From positions 810,001 to 842,000 of the forward strand of contig NZ_CP026606.1 of NCBI RefSeq assembly GCF_002945325.1: DNA of 32,000 nucleotides, given 5' to 3'. The stretch comes from Methanococcus maripaludis. Lineage in GTDB: Archaea; AGJL01; Methanococci; Methanococcales; Methanococcaceae. Each line of letters begins with the position of its first letter. Positions within the stretch are counted from its first letter, which is position 1. The position numbers and the translations under genes were made by a program. Below the pieces are notes generated by a model. It did not search any database and had not been told where the DNA came from. It worked only from the letters and a program-made list of their open reading frames with translations. Of the stretch, positions 1 through 6,705 are shown piece after piece.

Positions 1-1212
1 ATGTATTGTCTGAGACTCCATTGCTTCTAGAATATATGATAAAACACTTCTTTCAACGGTTAATTCATCAAGACATGCAGTACCGCCGTTTGCTTTTACT
101 AATACTCCTGGTTTTATGACCCAAGTACTGTCTCCAATTTCAGTTTTTTCCTGGACCACACCAGCTGTCAACCCAACTCCTGAAGCAGTTGAAATCGAGC
201 TGTAAACACAACCTGGAACTCCAGCAATGAATCTTAAAATATCACTTTTTCCAGTTCCAGGATCCGTTATTAATAAAATATGGCTGTCTGCTCGTTTTTT
301 TCCTTTTTTAACACCTCTGACCTGCTGTAAGAGAATAGATTGCTTTATTATCTCGTTTCCTTTGATTTGTGGTGCAATTCTTCCCGAAAGAATGTTTAAA
401 ACGTCTTTGTTTTTTGCGAGACTTTCAAACTGTTTAATTTCATTTTCAGTGAATGATACATCCAGTTTTTCGGTTACTGGTTCGCAATTGTATCCTCCGA
501 TTAAAATGTCATGAAGCGGGATTTTCTTATTTTTCTGGTTTTTTATTGGAATTCCCGTGACTTTGATCCGTCCGCAGTAGATTCCGGGCGTGTATTCGAG
601 TAATACACTTATGAATTTTGGAGGATCTTCGGGATCATCCATTAAATCCAACGGCTGCTGAATTTTTAGTTCCTGGTAATCTACATATTTTGATTCTTCA
701 TCCAGCAGCAACATATTTTGAGAACACTTTGGACACTGGGGCCCCATGTGCATTTCAAAAGGCCTTTCAATTGTCACTTTTTTCTTCTGGCCGCATGATG
801 CACAGACATAAACTGCTTCTTTTAGGGCCAACTTGATTTTAGTTGCCATTACAACTATTCCTTCAACTTCAACGAGTTTTCCATAATTTTCCCCCTTAAT
901 GTCCTCGATAGTCATTGGTTTTCCGTTAGAATTTCTATTCAATGATTCTGGAAGATTTTTTACAGTAACGGTGCAGTCTGCATCAGCCATTTTGTATGAA
1001 AAATAAGCATCCGCATAAGCTTCATTTAAGAGTTCCAGTGCTGAATAGGGGTTTTCTTCCAGATAATCTAAAAATTCAAAGAAACCATAATCATGAACGT
1101 TTTTTAAATCAACTACCACTCTTTTGGTTTCAGATATTATATCATCGAGGTGAACTTCCTTAAAATACGGAACTAACCTTGACATTAACTTTGATTTTAT
1201 TTTGTCATCCAA
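1..1212 (-). CDS. mcm: MCM replicative helicase, N-terminal about 404 codons (gene continues past the left window edge)
   Basis: Absent from the ORF track because it is truncated by the window. My own minus-strand translation from TTG at 1212 (G-run RBS at 1221-1228; alternative ATG at 1185) reads MDDKIKSKLMSRLVPYFKE... It contains a CxxC...CxxC zinc finger (CASCGQKK...CPKCS), Walker A ILLITDPGTGKSDILRF, Walker B-like ACLDEL, and the MCM-typical ILEAMESQTIH at the edge. The frame is open for all 1212 nt. Confidence 0.85.
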   Translation of the reverse strand, partial: MDDKIKSKLMSRLVPYFKEVHLDDIISETKRVVVDLKNVHDYGFFEFLDYLEENPYSALELLNEAYADAYFSYKMADADCTVTVKNLPESLNRNSNGKPMTIEDIKGENYGKLVEVEGIVVMATKIKLALKEAVYVCASCGQKKKVTIERPFEMHMGPQCPKCSQNMLLLDEESKYVDYQELKIQQPLDLMDDPEDPPKFISVLLEYTPGIYCGRIKVTGIPIKNQKNKKIPLHDILIGGYNCEPVTEKLDVSFTENEIKQFESLAKNKDVLNILSGRIAPQIKGNEIIKQSILLQQVRGVKKGKKRADSHILLITDPGTGKSDILRFIAGVPGCVYSSISTASGVGLTAGVVQEKTEIGDSTWVIKPGVLVKANGGTACLDELTVERSVLSYILEAMESQTIH

Positions 1213-1224
1213 ATTAAAACCCCC

Positions 1225-1449
1225 TCACTGTTTAACATCTTTTTGAGGTTCTGGACCTTCTGTTTCGACTTTTTTAATGATTCGATCCATCAGTGCTTTT
1301 ACATCGTCGCATGCACTGATAATTCCCGGTCTAAATGCATCTTTGAAATCATCCTGGCTAGTTTCCCATAAATCAGTGTCTACAAAAACGAGTAAAAGTT
1401 TAAAAGTATTTCTTATTTCTTCAGTTTCTAATTTTATCATATTATTCAA
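1225..1449 (-). CDS. hypothetical small acidic protein (74 aa), immediately upstream of mcm in the same operon
   Basis: ORF track. Its stop TGA (1225-1227) lies 12 nt upstream of the mcm start. It overlaps the upstream ORF by 8 nt (operon-like packing). No recognisable motif. Confidence 0.5.
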   Translation of the reverse strand: MNNMIKLETEEIRNTFKLLLVFVDTDLWETSQDDFKDAFRPGIISACDDVKALMDRIIKKVETEGPEPQKDVKQ

Positions 1450-1672
1450 CCTCTTTTAACAATTGTTTAGTTAATTCTTCGTCTTCTTCAATTATGGTTA
1501 TTAAAACGGTCTTGCCGATGTATTCTTTAGGTAGTTTTGGTTCAATATTTGCAGAATTGCCGTGTTCAGCTACTTTTGCAATAAATGTCGGAAGTGCTGA
1601 TCTCGGCTTCCTCCAGGTTTTCTTCTTGACTTCTATTCTGACCACCTTTTGGATTAATTTCTTCATTTTCAA
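1442..1672 (-). CDS. small protein, possibly AbrB/SpoVT-like fold (76 aa)
   Basis: ORF track. The segment AKVAEHGNSANIEPKLPKEYIGKTVLITII resembles the G-x-S...(I/L)PK...GK-V-hydrophobic pattern of archaeal AbrB/SpoVT-type swapped-hairpin proteins. The N-terminal 35 codons overlap the 198-aa ORF, so the true start is uncertain. Confidence 0.4.
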   Translation of the reverse strand: MKMKKLIQKVVRIEVKKKTWRKPRSALPTFIAKVAEHGNSANIEPKLPKEYIGKTVLITIIEEDEELTKQLLKEVE

Positions 1673-2162
1673 GCTTTTTTAAAGCCTTATTCAACAATTC
1701 AATAAGCTGGAAGATTTTTTCCGTGATTTTAGGTCTTAATGATATTTTAACACGTTCAGGAGTATTTTCCCAGTCATCTGTAAACAATAGTTCTAAAATC
1801 CGGTTAAAGTTCTTCAGGTGTCCTTTTCTGCAATTTTCCGAGCTTTCTGGAACGATCGTTCTTTCCAAAAGCCTCGTTTGAAGTTCTTCAATTATCCGGT
1901 CCTTTTCTTCGAGTTCGAGATTTTTGGTTTTAATTAAAGTTTCAATTTCTCGATCTTTTTGCTTTAATTGAAATTTTAGAAGTTCATTTTCTGCAAAAAG
2001 TGTTAAATTTTCGAATACTTTCCGAATCTGGCCCCGGAAGAAATCCGCGTAGTTTTTGTATTCTTCCGAGTGTTCTATGATTTTAAGTAGACATTTTTCG
2101 TCGGATTTTTCCATTTTCATGGTAAATACTTTATATGGCCCCAGTTCTCGATTTCTCGCCAT
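1566..2162 (-). CDS. hypothetical coiled-coil protein (198 aa)
   Basis: ORF track. The central region is heptad-rich (LKFQLKQKDREIETLIKTKNLELEEKDRIIEELQTRLLE). The last 107 nt overlap the next ORF in another frame. Confidence 0.55.
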   Translation of the reverse strand: MARNRELGPYKVFTMKMEKSDEKCLLKIIEHSEEYKNYADFFRGQIRKVFENLTLFAENELLKFQLKQKDREIETLIKTKNLELEEKDRIIEELQTRLLERTIVPESSENCRKGHLKNFNRILELLFTDDWENTPERVKISLRPKITEKIFQLIELLNKALKKLENEEINPKGGQNRSQEENLEEAEISTSDIYCKSS

Positions 2163-2180
2163 AATACCGCTCCATGCGTA

Positions 2181-2393
2181 TTACCCCTCTTTTTTAAATT
2201 TTAACTGATCTTTGAGTTGTAATGCTACTCTTGGAGGGTCTTCTTCAGTTTTTTCTTTTAAAATGTAAACAATGACCTTATGATCCACAAGATCTGAAAA
2301 CGGATTGGGGTGTATTCTTCCACCGCCACCTTGTTTCTTGACTACTGCTTCGTACTTGATCAGAACGTCTTCATCATTCGGATGTTGAATAAT
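2181..2393 (-). CDS. possible small ORF with no canonical start codon (about 70 aa; IIQHPNDEDVLIKYEAVVKKQGGGGRIHPNPFSDLVDHKVIVYILKEKTEEDPPRVALQLKDQLKFKKEG)
   Basis: My own translation. The frame is open from 2399 to the TAA at 2181-2183 and has no ATG/GTG/TTG. A strong GGTGAGGTGA Shine-Dalgarno-like run (2396-2405, minus strand) sits just before ATT ATT at 2393-2388. It is first in the mcm-direction operon. Confidence 0.25.
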   Translation of the reverse strand: MIQHPNDEDVLIKYEAVVKKQGGGGRIHPNPFSDLVDHKVIVYILKEKTEEDPPRVALQLKDQLKFKKEG

Positions 2394-2418
2394 TTCACCT
2401 CACCAGTTGTACACATAT

Positions 2419-2432
2419 CCACAATATTGTGG
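2419..2432. promoter_or_regulatory. perfect 14-bp palindrome CCACAATATTGTGG in the divergent control region
   Basis: Read directly. Lies between the minus-strand mcm operon and the plus-strand wHTH gene. Further palindromes follow: CGCAAATTTGCG (2470-2481) and TGACCAT-N12-ATGGTCA (2532-2557). Confidence 0.35.
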
Positions 2433-2566
2433 ACAATAATAACTTAACTTAATTATTATAAATAATTTACGCAAATTTGCGGATATAACTAAAATAGTTG
2501 TCATTACAAAATATAGTTAAATATACAAAATTGACCATATTAGCAAAATAATGGTCAGAGGATACT

Positions 2567-2869
2567 ATGTTATTAAAACTGATTGCAAAAACACACGCTT
2601 CTGAAATAATAAAATCTCTTGAAAAAAACGATGAATTACACTTTGGGGGCATTTGTAAATACGTTGAAGGCCATAAAAACAGCATTAACCGAATTTTGCA
2701 GGAACTCTACGATGAAGGAATAGTTGAAAAACGGGAAGAAAATTATTCTCCTAAAATATCAAAATCGTATTATAAACTAACAGATTTCGGAAAAGAAGTA
2801 TCGAAAATCATCGACCAGCTCGAAGTTTTGGAGCATAGATATTACGAAGCTAAAAATAAACCTCTTTAA
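2567..2869 (+). CDS. small winged-helix (wHTH) DNA-binding protein, paralogue 1 (100 aa)
   Basis: ORF track, with GAGG RBS before the ATG. The pattern ...ELHFGGICKYVEG.HKNSINRILQELYDEGIVEKREE...YYKLTDFGKEV fits helix-turn-helix + wing (ArsR/PadR/MarR-like). About 40% identical by hand alignment to the 3536-3838 product. Confidence 0.75.
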   Translation: MLLKLIAKTHASEIIKSLEKNDELHFGGICKYVEGHKNSINRILQELYDEGIVEKREENYSPKISKSYYKLTDFGKEVSKIIDQLEVLEHRYYEAKNKPL

Positions 2870-3178
2870 AAAAATATTATTAACATTTATTTTGTAAGTA
2901 CTTACGAAATCATTTTTAGTTTAAAAAAAGTTCAAGGTTTCTTTTTTCTTAACCTGTTTTCATTTATATATTAAACCTAAAATGTAATCAAAAGTCATTA
3001 TCAAAAACAGTCTTTTTTCTTTTTATTTATTTTATTTCGTATATACAGAATTATCTAATAATCTGATTTTGTATATACGAAATCGTTTAAGTAATTCTTG
3101 CAAAAATAGGATTTGGTATTATTTTTTAGCATGTTTTGTATGAATAATTTATTTTGTATATACAAAATAATTGAAAAA
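2852..3178. repeat. noncoding repeat block A (about 327 bp), near-identical to block B at a +996 bp offset
   Basis: Direct comparison: 2911-3178 versus 3907-4174 align without indels, with about 6 substitutions. Contains a TTTATATA box (2963-2970), T-runs, and palindromes of the TTTTGTATATACAAAA family at 2890-2909, 3035-3050, 3067-3082 and 3153-3168. Confidence 0.9.
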
Positions 3179-3228
3179 TTAATAAAAAAATAATCATTTG
3201 AATCAGAATGAGTTGTAATATTATTCTA

Positions 3229-3535
3229 AAAAATAAACTCTTTTAAAAAATAATACTCAATTTTATTTTAGGTAGGCACCTCAAATCCAAATAGATAAAA
3301 AATTATACTTAATCTTTTTTTCATGATTTAAAATTGAATATAAATAAAATCTATATTTGTAGATTAATGTAATGTTTTTAGATTGCCAAAACCAATAATT
3401 AATTGGGCCATTAAATAATTTGAGGTACCACTAATTCCAAGGATTTTAATTAAGGGTACCTTTTATTTATTTTTAAAAATCCAGTAAGTTATTAATCAGT
3501 ATGATTTCATAATTAATTTATATGAAAATGCTTAA
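3229..3535. repeat. noncoding module X1, homologous to X2 (6334-6593)
   Basis: Shared anchors: AAAAATAAAC(C)TCTTT(T)AAA...TTATTTTA, GGGCCAT..A(T/G)ATAATTT...GTACCA.CTAATT. Internal inverted repeat GGCACCTCAAAT (3275-3286) / ATTTGAGGTACC (3418-3429). A TTTCATA-N9-TATGAAA inverted repeat (3504-3526) overlaps the likely promoter of the next gene. Confidence 0.7.
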
Positions 3536-3838
3536 TTGGGCGATAATGTGATTTTAAAAATGATTAATAAAAAGCACGTTAAAGAAATATTATATCTATT
3601 AAATAGTGTTGAGGAACTTTATTTTGCGGAAATATGTAATAATATCCCTGAAGCACACAAAGGAAGTATTAATCGGACGTTGCAGGAATTATATGATTTT
3701 AAAATGGTTTCAAAAAGGGAAGAAGGAACTGCTAAACTTTCAAAAACATTTTATTCGATTACAGATCTTGGAAAGGAATCATTAAAGTTTTACGAACTTG
3801 AAAAAGAAGTGGAAACCAAGTACAATATAACAGAATAA
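3536..3838 (+). CDS. small winged-helix (wHTH) DNA-binding protein, paralogue 2 (100 aa, TTG start)
   Basis: ORF track. Same architecture as paralogue 1 (HKGSINRTLQELYD...SKREEG...FYSITDLGKE). Confidence 0.7.
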   Translation: MGDNVILKMINKKHVKEILYLLNSVEELYFAEICNNIPEAHKGSINRTLQELYDFKMVSKREEGTAKLSKTFYSITDLGKESLKFYELEKEVETKYNITE

Positions 3839-3847
3839 TACTTTATT

Positions 3848-4205
3848 AAAAATAAACCTCTTTAAAGAAATAATACTAATAACTATTTTGTAGAGCTATA
3901 CAAAATCATTTTTAGTTTAAAAAAAGTTCAAGGTTTCTTTTTTCTTAACCTGTTTTCATTTATATATTAAACTTAAAATGTAATCAAAAGTCATTATCAA
4001 AAACAGCCTTTTTTCTTTTTATTTATTTTATTTCGCATATACAGAATTATCTAATAATCTGATTTTGTATATACAAAATCGTTTAAGTAATTCTTGCAAA
4101 AATAGGATTTAGTATTATTTTTTAGCATGTTTTGTATGAATAATTTATTTTGTATATACAGAATAATTGAAAAAAGGATTTTGTATATACTGAATTTTAA
4201 AAAAG
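3848..4205. repeat. noncoding repeat block B (about 358 bp), copy of block A plus one extra palindrome
   Basis: See block A. Palindrome-family sites at 3886-3905, 4031-4046, 4063-4078 (perfect), 4148-4163 and 4179-4194. Confidence 0.9.
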
Positions 4206-4285
4206 TTTAGTTTATTCTGTGGAGTAATTCAAAACTGGATCTGTTGAAAAACGTATTTTTTGAATTGTTGTAGGGAAAAACGAGC

Positions 4286-5947
4286 TTATTTTAATAATTT
4301 ATTTTTTAAAATATCTCTTTTAAAAAACATTAAATTTCTAAAAAGGAGCTGTTTTGCATATGGATCTTTTTCATCACAATTAATATCTGCAGGGAAATAT
4401 AAATCTGATTTTAAAAGCAATGCGTTAATATACGCTTCCAAAATCAATGTTCGAGGATCTTTTAATTCCACTAAAGAATTTTTAGCATCCATTAAATATT
4501 TCAAACCCATATGTTCTAGTCCTAATTTGGAGTAACATTCATAAACATGGCGAAGGGTCTGAATATATGCGTATAACTCACCAGAATTTCGATAATAGGA
4601 TTCTAACTTAAAATTTATGGTCAAAGCATGGCAATAATAACCAATACGGAAAAAGTACTCTGAATAATTTGGTAAAATACAGTATTCTGAATTATTGTTC
4701 ATATTTTTTGCAACAACCAATGCTTTATCCAATATTGGTTTAGCTTCAATATATCTCTTAGTTTCCAAATAGGATGTTGAAATGGTAATGTAAAACGGCA
4801 GTTGAAATGCGTATATATGTTTTAAAACTTCTTTGTCAGTATTTTGACTTTTTAACTCATTGATTAGTAGTTTAATATGATCTAAGGCACCTAAGCAGAT
4901 TTTTTCTACTTGGGTATGCTTTCCAATTTTTAGATTTTTTTGTGCATAAAATTCCAAGGCACAAAGACGTTCTATAATATTTTCAGAAAAAAGTGCTTTT
5001 AAACTGTAATTCTCACTTAAATCCCATTCACCAACATTTCTCAAAAATTGAGAAATAACATAGTTTTTAAGCCTACTTTCAACATTTTTTGACCATATTT
5101 TTATTTTGATTTTCCACTCATTATTTTTGAAACTTAAATCGGTATATCCTCCGATATTCTCGGAATATAATTCCCAAATTGTTTTTACAAATTCATTGGT
5201 ATCCATAAAAACTTCATGAAAATCATAACTCTTTAAAAATTCTTTTTTAGAAACGTCTGATTTAGAATGGTTTACAACGGCTATTTTCTTTTCTAGATTA
5301 CTACATTTTTTAAAAATTGGGTTTATGTCATAAAAATCAGAAAAACTGTAACCCATAAAAATCAAACTATCATCATTGTATAACATGTCTTCCAAGACTT
5401 TTGCACGTATTTCTAAATTATTCTGGTTTGCAACGTTTTTTATCGTGTGTTTTAATGAATCTACGTTAGAAATGCAGCCGTGAATTTTGTAAATTTTCAA
5501 AATATTTTCGTCATTTAAAGAATTTTCCAGATCTTTTTCAGTTCTATATACTTTATAATCCCTATTTTCGACCATTCCTTCATCGATCATGGCTTTTTCT
5601 ATTAGTTCATCAAAATTTGTAGTATATATGGATCCTAGAAAACCCTGTTTTGCTAATTTTGCCATTAAAACATGATTTGAATTTGGAATTCCACAGTCAT
5701 AAACTTTCAAAAGCTCAGCCGATTCATTATTTAAAAATTCCATGTAAACTTCAAACGCTATGTCTTTTTTTAGTATTCTTTCAGCATCTTCTTGATTAAC
5801 CATTTTTAATAGTATCTCTTTGATAAACTCGTTAACTGAAGGAAGGCCTGAATCATAAGAGATGCCCGAACCTACGAAAAAAGAAAGTTGGCCTTTTGAC
5901 ATACTTCTAAAATCAAATTTTTCTAAAATTTCGTTTAAGTTTTCCAT
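4286..5947 (-). CDS. SIR2-family (SIR2_2 / defence-associated sirtuin-like) N-terminal domain fused to a TPR-like helical-repeat C-terminal domain (553 aa)
   Basis: ORF track. Motifs in the order seen in ThsA-type SIR2 domains: LSFFVGSGISYDSGLPS, IYTTNFDELIEKA, KIYKIHGCIS (candidate catalytic His), LIFMGYSFSDFYD. The C-terminal about 270 aa is helical and repeat-like (e.g. EFYAQKNLKIGKH..., YIEAKPILDKALVVAKN..., YECYSKLGLEHMGLKYLMDAKN). Confidence 0.75.
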   Translation of the reverse strand: MENLNEILEKFDFRSMSKGQLSFFVGSGISYDSGLPSVNEFIKEILLKMVNQEDAERILKKDIAFEVYMEFLNNESAELLKVYDCGIPNSNHVLMAKLAKQGFLGSIYTTNFDELIEKAMIDEGMVENRDYKVYRTEKDLENSLNDENILKIYKIHGCISNVDSLKHTIKNVANQNNLEIRAKVLEDMLYNDDSLIFMGYSFSDFYDINPIFKKCSNLEKKIAVVNHSKSDVSKKEFLKSYDFHEVFMDTNEFVKTIWELYSENIGGYTDLSFKNNEWKIKIKIWSKNVESRLKNYVISQFLRNVGEWDLSENYSLKALFSENIIERLCALEFYAQKNLKIGKHTQVEKICLGALDHIKLLINELKSQNTDKEVLKHIYAFQLPFYITISTSYLETKRYIEAKPILDKALVVAKNMNNNSEYCILPNYSEYFFRIGYYCHALTINFKLESYYRNSGELYAYIQTLRHVYECYSKLGLEHMGLKYLMDAKNSLVELKDPRTLILEAYINALLLKSDLYFPADINCDEKDPYAKQLLFRNLMFFKRDILKNKLLK

Positions 5948-5953
5948 AATATC

Positions 5954-6154
5954 TTACAAAATATCCAAAATACGATTTATTCCATTAAAAAGCATATCAA
6001 TTGCACCATCAGGATCATTCGATGCTACTTTTATAAATTTTAAGGTAAATAATGATAAAAAAATCAGAGCAAACCCCATTAATATTCCCAAAATCGGGTG
6101 TAATTCTCCTTTTTTAGACCTAATCAAATTTTTAACTAAATTTAAAAGAATCAA
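5954..6154 (-). CDS. small single-pass membrane protein (66 aa, TTG start), co-operonic with the SIR2-TPR gene
   Basis: ORF track. Hydrophobic segment HPILGILMGFALIFLSLFTL. Its stop lies 6 nt before the SIR2 start codon. Preceded by the GGGGGCGAA leader and an A/T box. The overlapping plus-strand ORF 5862-6170 looks like a low-complexity antisense shadow. Confidence 0.5.
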   Translation of the reverse strand: MILLNLVKNLIRSKKGELHPILGILMGFALIFLSLFTLKFIKVASNDPDGAIDMLFNGINRILDIL

Positions 6155-6225
6155 CCTATTCGCCCCCTAAATTTCGATATAATTATATGGTTGAATTTAA
6201 AATATATTAACTAATCGATTTTGAA
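6155..6225 (-). promoter_or_regulatory. diverged fourth copy of the shared promoter/leader cassette (drives small-TM + SIR2-TPR)
   Basis: On the minus strand it shares TTCAAAATC (distal), TAATTATAT (A/T box) and GGGGGCGAA (leader) with the cassette upstream of the OLD gene, in the same order and with similar spacing. Confidence 0.45.
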
Positions 6226-6246
6226 TTTGAAAAGAAAGGGCGATAA

Positions 6247-6324
6247 ACCTTTTATGAATTAGAATCAGCTTTTGAAGAGTTAAAAGCAGATCAGAAAATA
6301 GTATACCAAATCGTTAAAGAATAA
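6247..6324 (+). pseudogene. 3' remnant of a third wHTH paralogue (…TFYELESAFEELKADQKIVYQIVKE*)
   Basis: My own translation. The frame is open only from 6247 and has no start codon. FYELE...E matches the C-terminus of paralogue 2 (KFYELEKEVE). It is followed by the same AATAATACTTT..AAAAATAAACCTCTTTAAAGAA 3' flank as paralogue 2. Confidence 0.5.
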
Positions 6325-6333
6325 TACTTTTTT

Positions 6334-6593
6334 AAAAATAAACCTCTTTAAAGAATATTACTCAAGATTATTTTATGGACGGTACATGAAACTCCCATTA
6401 ATTAAAAAAATCCATTAAGTTTATTTTTTAATCATATTTTTATTTAAATACTAAACCAGCGGTTTTTTGAAAAAAGTAATCTTATCCACTTAACTATTTA
6501 GAATATTTGGGGCCATATTAGATAATTTCGTGTACCATCTAATTTTAAAAAATCTTATTTTATGTGCCATGAAATAATTTAAAGAAATGGGTA
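6334..6593. repeat. noncoding module X2, homologous to X1
   Basis: Inverted repeat GGTACATGAAAC (6381-6392) / ATTTCGTGTACC (6525-6536), spaced 132 nt versus 131 nt in X1. See findings. Confidence 0.7.
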
Positions 6594-6700
6594 AAAAATA
6601 GGACTTAGTATTATTTTTTAGTATGTTTTGTATGAATAATTTATTTTGTATATACAGAATAATTGAACTGGGGATTTTGTATATACAGAATTTTTGAAAT
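6594..6700. repeat. partial repeat block C (3' 107 bp of block B)
   Basis: AAAAATAGGA.TTAGTATTATTTTTTAG.ATGTTTTGTATGAATAATTTATTTTGTATATACAGAATAATTGAA...GGATTTTGTATATAC.GAATTTT matches 4100-4205. Palindrome sites at 6644-6659 and 6675-6690. Confidence 0.85.
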
Positions 6701-6705
6701 AGAAC

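Noticed and set aside
227-836. Plus-strand ORFs 227-514 and 618-836 from the ORF track
   Set aside because: They lie antisense to a continuous, motif-rich MCM reading frame (1-1212, minus strand). Their sequences are low complexity and carry no motifs.
2467-2685. Minus-strand 72-aa ORF overlapping the wHTH1 start
   Set aside because: It is antisense to a well-supported wHTH gene and its promoter region, and it has no RBS or motif.
4260-6170. Plus-strand ORFs 4260-4535 and 5862-6170
   Set aside because: They are antisense shadows of the SIR2-TPR and small-TM genes. They are Lys/Phe/Ser/Ile-rich low-complexity translations typical of AT-rich antisense frames.
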